Under the pieces are notes generated by a model. That model did not search any database and had not been told where the DNA came from. It saw only the letters and a program-made list of their open reading frames with translations. This document shows, one piece after another, positions 1-9,033 of a stretch of DNA of 64,000 nucleotides. The DNA lies in the IMG/VR virus record IMGVR_UViG_3300010167_000010, positions 1-64,000 of that record; one strand, given 5' to 3'. A program made the translations under genes and the position numbers. Source of the DNA: a virus (taxonomy: Duplodnaviria; Caudoviricetes). Positions within the stretch are counted from its first letter, which is position 1. Every line of letters starts with the position of its first letter.

Positions 1-216
1 GGTTACGTAATTGTAATACTAATGAAATAATAGAATGTTTTTCACAACGAGAAGCAGAATTTATAATAAGACCTAATCTTCCCAAACATCAAAATAAAGC
101 AGCTTATATATCACGAGTAAAAAATGGAACAAGAAAGTCAAATATAATAAATGGTTATAAAATATTTTTTGAAGAACCAAAACCTTTAAAAGATGGTTTT
201 CCATTTGGAGTAATAG

Positions 217-525
217 ATGTATAATGAAGATGTTGCTGTAATTAATGATATTGATGAAGAATTAGATATAGAAGAACCAAAAGATTATGTTATTATTGGT
301 TTAAACGATAATTATACTAGTATGGATTTTGTATGTCTAGTTCTTCAACAAATATGTCATAAATCTAAAGAAGAAGCGGAAAAAATAATGCTCGATATTC
401 ATCAAAAAGAAAAAGGAATTATGTGGATTGGAGTATACGATATTGCTCAAACAAAACAATTACAAATTGCTAGTTTAGCTAAACAATTTAGTTTTCCATT
501 TAAAACTATATTAGAGGAAGCTTAA
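217..525 (+). CDS. clpS: ATP-dependent Clp protease adaptor ClpS
   Basis: LNDNYTSMDFV...AEKIMLDIHQKEKG...YDIAQTK...FPFKTILEE matches the ClpS signature. Confidence 0.92.
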   Translation: MYNEDVAVINDIDEELDIEEPKDYVIIGLNDNYTSMDFVCLVLQQICHKSKEEAEKIMLDIHQKEKGIMWIGVYDIAQTKQLQIASLAKQFSFPFKTILEEA

Positions 526-728
526 TGGCTCAATTATCTAAAGAATCTATAAAATTTTATTATGAAAATATGATGAAAACTCAAGACAAATCTATTCTAG
601 TATTACCCGGTTCAGGAAATCATAAATTAGTTTTAAATGGTGGTACTCTTCAATATTTTCATAATGGAAAACTTATTTATAAATTAAATGTTTTGAATAT
701 TTCAGGTAATTATGAGTTATTTAACTGA
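525..728 (+). CDS. small hypothetical protein with C-terminal ELFN tag
   Basis: ORF coupled to clpS; ends SGNYELFN*. Confidence 0.7.
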   Translation: MAQLSKESIKFYYENMMKTQDKSILVLPGSGNHKLVLNGGTLQYFHNGKLIYKLNVLNISGNYELFN

Positions 729-996
729 ACAATTAGATGGTGAAATAGATCTAGAAAAAGAAATAAAATTATATTCTTTTTTAGAAAAAAGAGAAGCTGA
801 TCAATTAAATTTTATAAAACGTATTCTTATAAAAGCTAAAACATATTATAGAAGACAAGGTTCTCTTAAAAATATTCACGAATATATTTCAACAGACTTC
901 ACTTTTTATGGTGGTGAAAATTTTTTCTTAAATAAAAAATTATTTGTAGAATATATAATTACTTATCTAGGAAAAGAATATGAACTCTTTGACTAA
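712..996 (+). CDS. small hypothetical protein with C-terminal ELFD tag
   Basis: ends GKEYELFD*. Confidence 0.7.
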   Translation: MSYLTEQLDGEIDLEKEIKLYSFLEKREADQLNFIKRILIKAKTYYRRQGSLKNIHEYISTDFTFYGGENFFLNKKLFVEYIITYLGKEYELFD

Positions 997-1003
997 ATAA
1001 ATA

Positions 1004-1252
1004 ATGGGACATCGTAATTGGAAGGAACCACGTAAGAAAAAAGAAAAACGATTTAAAGAAGAACGACCAAAACAAGTTCGTGCAACTCAAAATGATGCAT
1101 GGAAAAACTTAAAAGAATGGTTTTGGTCTATTAGATATAAAACTTGGTCGGACGCTGGTTATTCTGATGAAGAAATAAATGATATGTTTATTAAAAAAGA
1201 ACCAACTAATTATTATGATAGATACGATAAACACCCTAAAAGTTCTAAATAA
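1004..1252 (+). CDS. hypothetical basic protein
   Basis: ORF preceded by ACTAAATA at 992. Confidence 0.6.
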   Translation: MGHRNWKEPRKKKEKRFKEERPKQVRATQNDAWKNLKEWFWSIRYKTWSDAGYSDEEINDMFIKKEPTNYYDRYDKHPKSSK

Positions 1253-1661
1253 GTTACAAGAAGCAGATTTAAATGCAGGAGCAGTTAATGCGGCTGTTCC
1301 CCAAGCTGCTCCGCCTGCAAATAATCAAGCAGTAGATGCAACTACTCAAGCTAATGCAGAACAACGATTAATATCATTAGAACAAACGATGAATAATATG
1401 ATAACAAAAATGGATGCCTTAAATCAAGGATTAGCACAAGCAACAGGAACAGATCAATCTGCAGAAGGTCAAGAACAAACTCAAGAAGCACCTGCTGAAC
1501 AAGAAACTGCTCCTCCTGCTGATGGTCAACCACCAGCACAAGAAGAGCCACAACAAGAAGAACAACCTGCTGTAGATGAACAAGGTCAACCACTTAATGC
1601 ATCTCAATTTAAAACTGGTGAATATTTTGAAAGAATATTTAACAAGACAAGACTAAACTAA
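1215..1661 (+). CDS. putative late/virion protein, Q/E/A/P-rich (start revised from 1179)
   Basis: ACTAATTA 10 nt upstream of ATG 1215; KLQE protease-type site near the N-terminus. Confidence 0.6.
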   Translation: MIDTINTLKVLNKLQEADLNAGAVNAAVPQAAPPANNQAVDATTQANAEQRLISLEQTMNNMITKMDALNQGLAQATGTDQSAEGQEQTQEAPAEQETAPPADGQPPAQEEPQQEEQPAVDEQGQPLNASQFKTGEYFERIFNKTRLN

Positions 1662-1831
1662 TTATTAAGGAGAATATAATGGCAATTGTAGAAACTGTTA
1701 AAAATAACAAAAAAATGGAAGAAAAAAACCAAAAAGAACAAGATAAACTCCAATCAGACGCTATTTCTAAACTTTATAAAAATAAGAAACAAATAGATAA
1801 TAGTAAAAATACGAAACGTTAATTTAATTAT

Positions 1832-2134
1832 ATGTTTGATCCAAGAAAAGCTCTTTTAGGTTGGTATAACGAAGATAAAAGACTTTTTGCAAATCATGTT
1901 ATTGAAGTTTATCCAGATTTTAACCCAGACAAAGGTGATCTTTTAGATACAGAAGAAAAACAATGGAATGTTTTACTTTCTATATTTGAAGAAAATTTAT
2001 TACAACGTATAACTGGTAAAGAAAAATGTATTCAATGTAGAAAAAATTATATAAAACTTTGTGATAAAGATTGTGTTCAATGGCGAATAGAATCACGTGA
2101 TAAAATTTATAGTAATGCTGAGCTTTTTGATTAA
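1832..2134 (+). CDS. small Cys-cluster protein with C-terminal ELFD tag
   Basis: CxxC..C...C; ends YSNAELFD*; GTTAAT 14 nt upstream. Confidence 0.7.
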   Translation: MFDPRKALLGWYNEDKRLFANHVIEVYPDFNPDKGDLLDTEEKQWNVLLSIFEENLLQRITGKEKCIQCRKNYIKLCDKDCVQWRIESRDKIYSNAELFD

Positions 2135-2160
2135 GTTAATATAATATCTTATATAATTAT

Positions 2161-2562
2161 ATGAAAAAGAAAATTGATTTGAATGATGAAGAAAATGAAG
2201 ATTTGGGTTTACCAATAGTAAAAGATAATAAAATTACTTTTGCTAAACTTATTTTTCAGGGAAATCGTGGACCATATATTGTAGCATTTGAAGATTCTTG
2301 TACTAGAACTTATGCTGAAATGAATGCACTCGATTTTAAGAATGTAAATATAAACGAAATAAAAACAGCTGATGTTCCTATTTGGGAACCCGGAGCAAAA
2401 GATCCAGAAGAAATAAATGCTCTCCCAAAATTGAACTTAAAGAAACAAAAAGAAAAAGCTTTAAAAGAAAAAGAAGCGAGAAAACAAAAAAGAGCTGAAA
2501 AAATGAAGGCTACATTAAAAGCTAAAAAAGAAGTAAAAAAGCCAAAAGGAAAGAAAAAATAA
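2161..2562 (+). CDS. hypothetical protein with Lys-rich C-terminus
   Basis: ORF after TCTTATATAAT; followed by a terminator. Confidence 0.65.
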   Translation: MKKKIDLNDEENEDLGLPIVKDNKITFAKLIFQGNRGPYIVAFEDSCTRTYAEMNALDFKNVNINEIKTADVPIWEPGAKDPEEINALPKLNLKKQKEKALKEKEARKQKRAEKMKATLKAKKEVKKPKGKKK

Positions 2563-2569
2563 TTTATTC

Positions 2570-2593
2570 AAGCAGCCTCAGGGCTGCTTTTTT
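2570..2593 (+). terminator. intrinsic terminator
   Basis: AAGCAGCC-TCAG-GGCTGCTT followed by a T run. Confidence 0.8.
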
Positions 2594-2611
2594 ATTGTTA
2601 ATTTAACATAA

Positions 2612-3622
2612 ATGAATAAGCTTTACCTCTTAGGAGATTGTCATCTATCAGTATCTAGGGATTGGGATAGAGAGGCTTTTAATAAATTTATAGATTGGTT
2701 TGAACAACAAAATTTTGGTAATAAAGAAGAATGCGAATTAATTCAATTAGGAGATGTTGTAGAAAAAGCTACAAATCTTGGTGATACTTTAGAATTAGTT
2801 GCTAAATTTTTTACTATAGTTTGTAAAAAATTCAAAACAATTTATTTAATTGGTGGAAATCATGACCATAGATTAGTTCACGAAAAGTCTCAATATGCAA
2901 CACAATTCTTAAAATATATTGGTGATAGTCAGATTGAATTAATTTTTAAAGAACAAATATTTCATACTAAAAATGGCTTTCACATTATGGCTTTACCATA
3001 TAGAAGAGTTGAAGGTAAAATATTAGATGATTATTATTCTAATGAATTACCAGAAGAATTTTATAAAACTAAAGTAGATTTAGTATGTGGACATGTAGCA
3101 ATAAAAGAAGTTAAATCATTTTATGGTGGAATAAATATATCTAAATTTCATGGTAAACATAGAGCATTTGGACACATACATACTCGTAATGGACAATTTA
3201 AAGAAGATTATTGTGGTAGTATTTTTCCATTTAAAATTGATGAAGATATTACTGAATTACCAAGAATTATAAAATGTTTAACATCAAAAGGTTTAAGTAA
3301 TCCTATAGAAATACCACAATTTATAAAATATGAAAATATGAAATTTGGTGAAAAACCAAAATTTAATAAAAATTCTAATAAACTAGTTCATATATACACA
3401 ATTCATAATTGTAAAAGTGTTCAACAAGCTAAATCTGAATACCCTAATATTTATATAAGAGGTATAGAAAAAATACAAAATCAGATAAATGTAAAAACGG
3501 GAGAAAAAATAGAACTATTTATAACACCTTTAGATGCACTTAATAATTTAATTAAAGAAACTGGAATGATAATAAGAAGAAAAACATTATCCTTATTAAA
3601 AAATATATTGGAGACTTCATAA
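2612..3622 (+). CDS. Mre11/SbcD-like metallophosphoesterase nuclease (T4 gp47-like)
   Basis: GDCH, LGDVV, GGNHD, GH and GHIH phosphoesterase motifs. Confidence 0.85.
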   Translation: MNKLYLLGDCHLSVSRDWDREAFNKFIDWFEQQNFGNKEECELIQLGDVVEKATNLGDTLELVAKFFTIVCKKFKTIYLIGGNHDHRLVHEKSQYATQFLKYIGDSQIELIFKEQIFHTKNGFHIMALPYRRVEGKILDDYYSNELPEEFYKTKVDLVCGHVAIKEVKSFYGGINISKFHGKHRAFGHIHTRNGQFKEDYCGSIFPFKIDEDITELPRIIKCLTSKGLSNPIEIPQFIKYENMKFGEKPKFNKNSNKLVHIYTIHNCKSVQQAKSEYPNIYIRGIEKIQNQINVKTGEKIELFITPLDALNNLIKETGMIIRRKTLSLLKNILETS

Positions 3623-3882
3623 TGGCTACTCCATCACCAAATAATTTAACTTCATTTTTTGAATTATTAAAAAGAAATCCTCCTAATACTATGGAAGAAA
3701 GTTTTAAAATACGTTGTAAAAAATGTAAATTGACTTTAGAAGAACCACTTTGTCTTATAAATCTAGATGCTAGACCATGTGATGGTTATAAAATATTAAA
3801 AGAAAAACAAGAAGAAGAAAAGAAACTAATAATTAAAAAACAATTAGAGCCGATCTATGAAAATGCAGAACTCTTCGAATGA
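3622..3882 (+). CDS. small Cys-cluster protein with C-terminal ELFE tag
   Basis: CKKC..PLC..PCDGY; ends YENAELFE*. Confidence 0.7.
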   Translation: MATPSPNNLTSFFELLKRNPPNTMEESFKIRCKKCKLTLEEPLCLINLDARPCDGYKILKEKQEEEKKLIIKKQLEPIYENAELFE

Positions 3883-4069
3883 TTATTTTGATTCTATTTG
3901 TACAAAAGACGATACTTGTGTAATGTGTTTAGATTTAATGGAAGGCCCACTTTGTGGAATTCCTGGAAAATTAAGCGGATGCGAAAATTATGAAAATAAT
4001 AAAAGAGATTCTTTTATAAAATTAGAAATAAATAGAAGATTAGGAGAAGATACAGAACTTTTTGATTAA
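3857..4069 (+). CDS. small Cys-cluster protein with C-terminal ELFD tag
   Basis: CVMC..PLC..GCENY (paralog-like to the upstream ORF); ends GEDTELFD*. Confidence 0.7.
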   Translation: MKMQNSSNDYFDSICTKDDTCVMCLDLMEGPLCGIPGKLSGCENYENNKRDSFIKLEINRRLGEDTELFD

Positions 4070-4083
4070 GTTAATGTACTATT

Positions 4084-5154
4084 ATGGAATATACCATACA
4101 AGAAATATCAGTAGAGATATGTAATAGATTAAATATTCCCTTAAATGGCAAAACTACTGGGCAAATAGTAATAAAATGTTTATCACCATATCATATAGAT
4201 AATAGACCTTCTTGTTCTATAAGTTTAGACAAAGGAGTATTTAACTGTTTTAGTTGTGGATATTCTGGAAGTTTAAAAAATTTATATTATCAACAATTTG
4301 GTAGATCAATTTATAAAGATATGGGAATACATCGTTCCCTTATAATTCAACCACAAATAGAAGAACAAGCAGATTTATCTTTAATACCAGAAACAGATTT
4401 TAAATTTACTGGACAATGTTTTCCAATGTATACTACAGAATTAAGTAAAAGTTGGGTTAAAAGAAGAGGTTTTACTCTAGATTTAATGGACAGATTAGGT
4501 ATTAAATATCTTAAATTTGGTAGAACAGTAAAAAAATCTGATCCAACTAATAAAGAAGAATGGCGATCATATTCTGATATGGCTTTCATTCCAATTTTTG
4601 AAGAAAAAGAATTATTATGTTTTGAAGCTAGACAACTTAGAACTGAAGAAGAATGGAGAAAACATTTAGAGACTAAAAAAATAGAAGTAAAGGACTATAA
4701 AAAGCTTTTATATCCAAAAAATAGTTCTACTAAAACTTTATATCAATTTAATAGATTAAAAAAGAATGAACCTTTATTTTTAGTAGAAGGTTTAATGGAT
4801 TTAATATCTTTAAGAACTAATTCTATATTTCAAAATTCTACAACAACTTTTGGAAGATCTATTAAAGAAAGACAATTTTATCTATTAAGTCAATTTAAAT
4901 CTGATATCTTTTATATTCCAAATAATGATATTCCAGGAATTTCTGCTATTCAACAATTTAAAGATAAAGACTTAAAAAATGTTAGTATTCTACCTTTGCC
5001 AAATACAGTGAAAGATGTTAATGATATTCTACAAAAGAAAGATACTCGATTTAACTCTTTAGAGGACTTAATTAACTTCGGATGGTTAAATAATGTTATA
5101 AATATAGATAGATATGATATTAAGGCCCAGATTGATAGAGTTAATATACATTAA
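4084..5154 (+). CDS. DNA primase (CHC2 Zn finger + TOPRIM)
   Basis: CLSPYH...CFSCG Zn finger; LVEGLMD, NND.PG and KDVND TOPRIM motifs. Confidence 0.88.
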   Translation: MEYTIQEISVEICNRLNIPLNGKTTGQIVIKCLSPYHIDNRPSCSISLDKGVFNCFSCGYSGSLKNLYYQQFGRSIYKDMGIHRSLIIQPQIEEQADLSLIPETDFKFTGQCFPMYTTELSKSWVKRRGFTLDLMDRLGIKYLKFGRTVKKSDPTNKEEWRSYSDMAFIPIFEEKELLCFEARQLRTEEEWRKHLETKKIEVKDYKKLLYPKNSSTKTLYQFNRLKKNEPLFLVEGLMDLISLRTNSIFQNSTTTFGRSIKERQFYLLSQFKSDIFYIPNNDIPGISAIQQFKDKDLKNVSILPLPNTVKDVNDILQKKDTRFNSLEDLINFGWLNNVINIDRYDIKAQIDRVNIH

Positions 5155-5433
5155 ATGGAGATAAAGATGAGAGAATATGTCACTGAAGAACTTGAATTAG
5201 ATGAAGAAACGTTAGCTAAATTAAAGGAAATGGCAGAACAGTATAATACAACTATTGATAATGTAGTCAATGAAATTCTGATACATTATATTTCCGAAAA
5301 AATTACTTTAAAAGATTTTGTTAAAATTGTGGAAGAGATTGATGATAATAAAAAAGATATTGCAGAACTACGAAAGTATTATACGATCGTTGACGAAACC
5401 GGGACGGGAATTGCGAGGGTCATCCCGCTCTAA
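5155..5433 (+). CDS. hypothetical protein, possible ribbon-helix-helix DNA binder
   Basis: LELDEETLAKLKEMAEQYNTTIDNVVNEIL pattern. Confidence 0.45.
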   Translation: MEIKMREYVTEELELDEETLAKLKEMAEQYNTTIDNVVNEILIHYISEKITLKDFVKIVEEIDDNKKDIAELRKYYTIVDETGTGIARVIPL

Positions 5434-5434
5434 A

Positions 5435-5929
5435 ATGAACAACTTAATATCTCGAGGCTGTAAAGTACAGACAGTCATATCACAATCATTGTATAGTAAT
5501 GCTTTCGAGTTATTCATATTTAATACAAGACAAAATATGAATATGGGCGTAAATAAATGGCTCAAAAAGGTTGGTTATAAAAGTAAATATGATCCAGACT
5601 TAGGAGCTGCTGGTTTAATATATGAAAATAATAAAAATCAAGAAATCGAATTTGAAGGGGAGGATTATAAATTATTTGCTGCAATGTTTTTAAATGAAGA
5701 AGATCTTCATGTAAATATTATTGCTCATGAAGTTACTCACATTGCTTTAACTTTAGAAAGAAATATATTAAGATTTGTCGGTGTATATGATGGTAATGAT
5801 GGAACAGGTAATGCTCCAGAAGAAAGATTAGCATATACTATTGATGAATTTATGGAAAAAATTATTAGAGTGTGTATAGATAAAAAAGTTAAGTTAACAC
5901 TTGTGGCAGCAGATAAGAAAAAGAAATGA
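5435..5929 (+). CDS. HExxH metallopeptidase-like protein (start revised from 5318)
   Basis: IIAHEVTHIA...EERLAY. Confidence 0.6.
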   Translation: MNNLISRGCKVQTVISQSLYSNAFELFIFNTRQNMNMGVNKWLKKVGYKSKYDPDLGAAGLIYENNKNQEIEFEGEDYKLFAAMFLNEEDLHVNIIAHEVTHIALTLERNILRFVGVYDGNDGTGNAPEERLAYTIDEFMEKIIRVCIDKKVKLTLVAADKKKK

Positions 5930-6495
5930 AAGGATATGTAACTTTATATCTTGGCTCAATGAGAAGTAGTAAAACTTCTAAATTATTTGATGTAATTGAT
6001 CAGGCTAATTATAGAAAATTAAGACATTGTTTAGTTAGACCTACAATTGATACACGTGATTTTATATCTCGATATAAAGATATCGATACAGATATAATTT
6101 TATGTGATAAGTTAACAGATGAAGGTCTACCCACTAAACTTAAAAAATACGATATAATTTGTATTGATGAAGGTCAATTTATAGAACATTTATTTTATGT
6201 TCATAATTTAGCTTTACTTGGAAAAGAAGTTTATATTGCCGCTCTCAACGGTGATACTGAAATGCGACCTTGGGATAATATATCTAACATATTACCATTA
6301 GTAGATTATATAGAGCGTCTTTCAGGTGTTTGTGAAGAATGTGGAAGTAACAAATCTACATTTTCATATTATACTGAAATTAAAACAGAACAAATTATAG
6401 TTGGAGATGGTAAGTATATGGCTTTATGTAGAGATTGTTATAATACATTTTATAGAGAAAAAATGGGAATAATAGCAAAAGATAAATATATTTAA
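5926..6495 (+). CDS. tdk: thymidine kinase
   Basis: GSMRSSKTS P-loop variant, IDEGQF, CxxC...YMALCRDCY. Confidence 0.92.
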   Translation: MKGYVTLYLGSMRSSKTSKLFDVIDQANYRKLRHCLVRPTIDTRDFISRYKDIDTDIILCDKLTDEGLPTKLKKYDIICIDEGQFIEHLFYVHNLALLGKEVYIAALNGDTEMRPWDNISNILPLVDYIERLSGVCEECGSNKSTFSYYTEIKTEQIIVGDGKYMALCRDCYNTFYREKMGIIAKDKYI

Positions 6496-6851
6496 TCTTT
6501 TACAAATTCATTTAATATAACTTCAAATCTAGGATCCGGTCGTATCGGATCCTTTTTTCTTTTATAAGAAGACCAAACCCTATGAACCCATTTGTGGCAG
6601 CCACTACACAATATCCTAAATCTTTCGTCTTGTAAATTTGTATAATTATCTGCACTATCATTCATATAAATATGATGACAAGTTAACCTTTTTCCATAAC
6701 CACAAAATTCGCATTTTTCTCGTTGTTTAACTATTCTATTACGAAATTCTACCCAAGTTTTAGTTTTACGAAATAATGTTTTTTGTGATGAATCCCATAT
6801 TTCTCCGGCAACCCATGTAACAACTAGTTCTTTTTTCTTTTTTCTTGCCAT
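6492..6851 (-). CDS. HNH endonuclease
   Basis: CEFCG...HHIY...LCSGCHKWVH. Confidence 0.75.
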   Translation of the reverse strand: MARKKKKELVVTWVAGEIWDSSQKTLFRKTKTWVEFRNRIVKQREKCEFCGYGKRLTCHHIYMNDSADNYTNLQDERFRILCSGCHKWVHRVWSSYKRKKDPIRPDPRFEVILNEFVKD

Positions 6852-7148
6852 AATATAATTAGATATAGTTTGTTGATCTCTGATTTTGTTTCCTTTTTAA
6901 ATTTATCTTTAAAAACGAAAGAGATTTCGAGATCAAGATTGAAATTACAATAAATAGTTAATATTATACTAAATTTATATGATAAACGAAGATATTAAAA
7001 AAGTAGAGTATTTCTGTAAATTATGTTCCCATAAATGGGAATTGCAATACCCAATAAATTCTATTCCACCCGCTGAGATTAAATGTCCAAATTGTAATAG
7101 AATTAGAAATCATAGAAAACCATATAACTTTTTTAAGGACAATCAAAA

Positions 7149-7364
7149 ATGATAGTTTCATATTATTGTGAACATTGCGATAAAACATTTTCAAGAAAAC
7201 AAATTCAATCTCCAGCATTTACTACAGATTGTGAATGTGGTCATAAAGCAACTAGAACTTATAAAAATATAACTTCTACAAAAGAAGATGAGAATGTATC
7301 AGCTGCAATAGAAACAATGAAATATAGTAGTCTACCTTCAGGAAAAAATAAGGTAAATTTTTAA
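7149..7364 (+). CDS. Zn-ribbon protein (FmdB-like)
   Basis: YYCEHCD...CECG...R.Y. Confidence 0.55.
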   Translation: MIVSYYCEHCDKTFSRKQIQSPAFTTDCECGHKATRTYKNITSTKEDENVSAAIETMKYSSLPSGKNKVNF

Positions 7365-7547
7365 TGAAATCACCAGAAGAAAAAATAGTTTTAATGACAC
7401 CTGCGTTATTAAAGGCTATTAAAAAAGCTTTACCTCAAATTAGATCTCCTTATGTAGCTAAAGATTTAATGCGAATAGCCCTTAAAGTTGCTAAAGAAAT
7501 AAAATTAGTTAAAGGTTTAGAGAAAACTAAATAAATAAGGGAAATTT

Positions 7548-7940
7548 ATGAATAAAGAATTTGAAGATATATATGAAGATGACCAACCAGAACTTAATTT
7601 TGATGTATGTGAAGTCTGTGGAGAAGAAGCTACAGATGAATTTGATGGTAAATTTTATTGTATAGAACACTCACCTTATGAAGATATTTATGATGAGGAC
7701 GATGAGTATGATGAAGATCATGATCCAGAAGATCATGATATTTCTGGCACAGAAGAAGATTATATGGAAGATGAATTCGAAGACATATATAATGAAGAAG
7801 ATACTGAAGAAACAGATCTTTCTGATTATTTACGAGATGAAGAAGATTTAGCCGATTGGGATGATGACGAATTAGAAGATGAATTTGGTGAAGATTTTAG
7901 TGATAATTTAAATCTAGATTCTGATGATGAGGATTACTAA
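7548..7940 (+). CDS. extremely acidic late protein with small Zn finger
   Basis: roughly half D/E; CEVCG..YC.EH; ACTAAATA at 7526. Confidence 0.65.
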   Translation: MNKEFEDIYEDDQPELNFDVCEVCGEEATDEFDGKFYCIEHSPYEDIYDEDDEYDEDHDPEDHDISGTEEDYMEDEFEDIYNEEDTEETDLSDYLRDEEDLADWDDDELEDEFGEDFSDNLNLDSDDEDY

Positions 7941-8986
7941 TGAGCATAATAAGAAAAATAAATAAACAATTAGCAGCTGAAAAAGCTGAAGTTTTTAATT
8001 TAAGAGAATGGTGGCCTTCAGTTATAGAATTTTTTAAGAATATTTGTTTCTTAGGAGAAGTTGATAAAGATAATGCATATATTTCTATGTTACACCAAGC
8101 TAGACATACTGAAACAGGTGCAATAAAAAATATAAATATGGATGAAGCTAATCAGTTTTGTCTTAATGGTCAATTTATTACTTTACAAAACCATGATCCG
8201 TTTGCATGGACATTTTGGAGAATAAACTTAAAAACTAGATTTATAACTGTTTATACTTCTTTTAATGGAAACCCAAATAGATCTCCTAAAGATAACTTTA
8301 TTATTGCTCAAGAACAGAAGCGACTTTATCCTGGCCAAAAATTACATTATAATGCACACTTTAAACATTTAACATTATCTGACAGAAGAATTTTTAGAGA
8401 ACTAGTTCTCATATTAAACCAAGCTAGAAATAAAAATAACGATATTACTATTGGTAATTTTAATATGAAAGTATTTGTTAACTTTATGGAATATTTTGGT
8501 ATAGTAAATAATAAAAATTTTGTTAAAGACAAATTTATAGATACAAAACCACCAGAAGTTATTAGACTTCCTCAAAGATATGATTCAGTTAGAATAGATA
8601 AAGATACAGAAGTTATGAATCGTTTAAGAGGAACTGTTTTTGAAACTTTAAATTTTGAAAATAATTCTACAATTAGAAGATTTAAGAAATTTAAAGATAT
8701 GCACGATTATCTTTATTCTTTAATAGATTTTATAAATAAACATGCTTTAGAATTAGAATTAGCTCAACGAATTTCTTTTGTTAGAAAACACTACGAATCT
8801 ATGCAATGGCCAATTCCACAAAATACAGAAGAAGCTGATAAGAATAGAAATCTTTTAACTCGATACGAAATTGCAATTACTAAATTTGAAAATAGAATAG
8901 CTTTTAGAGCTGATGTACAAGAATATGGGATTTGTTATTATATAACGAATTATATTCATGGTCCTAATCCTTGGGACGGTAATTAA
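7940..8986 (+). CDS. hypothetical protein
   Basis: 348-aa ORF coupled to the upstream gene. Confidence 0.7.
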   Translation: MSIIRKINKQLAAEKAEVFNLREWWPSVIEFFKNICFLGEVDKDNAYISMLHQARHTETGAIKNINMDEANQFCLNGQFITLQNHDPFAWTFWRINLKTRFITVYTSFNGNPNRSPKDNFIIAQEQKRLYPGQKLHYNAHFKHLTLSDRRIFRELVLILNQARNKNNDITIGNFNMKVFVNFMEYFGIVNNKNFVKDKFIDTKPPEVIRLPQRYDSVRIDKDTEVMNRLRGTVFETLNFENNSTIRRFKKFKDMHDYLYSLIDFINKHALELELAQRISFVRKHYESMQWPIPQNTEEADKNRNLLTRYEIAITKFENRIAFRADVQEYGICYYITNYIHGPNPWDGN

Positions 8987-9033
8987 ACTTATAAATCTTC
9001 TCTCAACTAATTACCAAGAGGAGAAGATAAATA

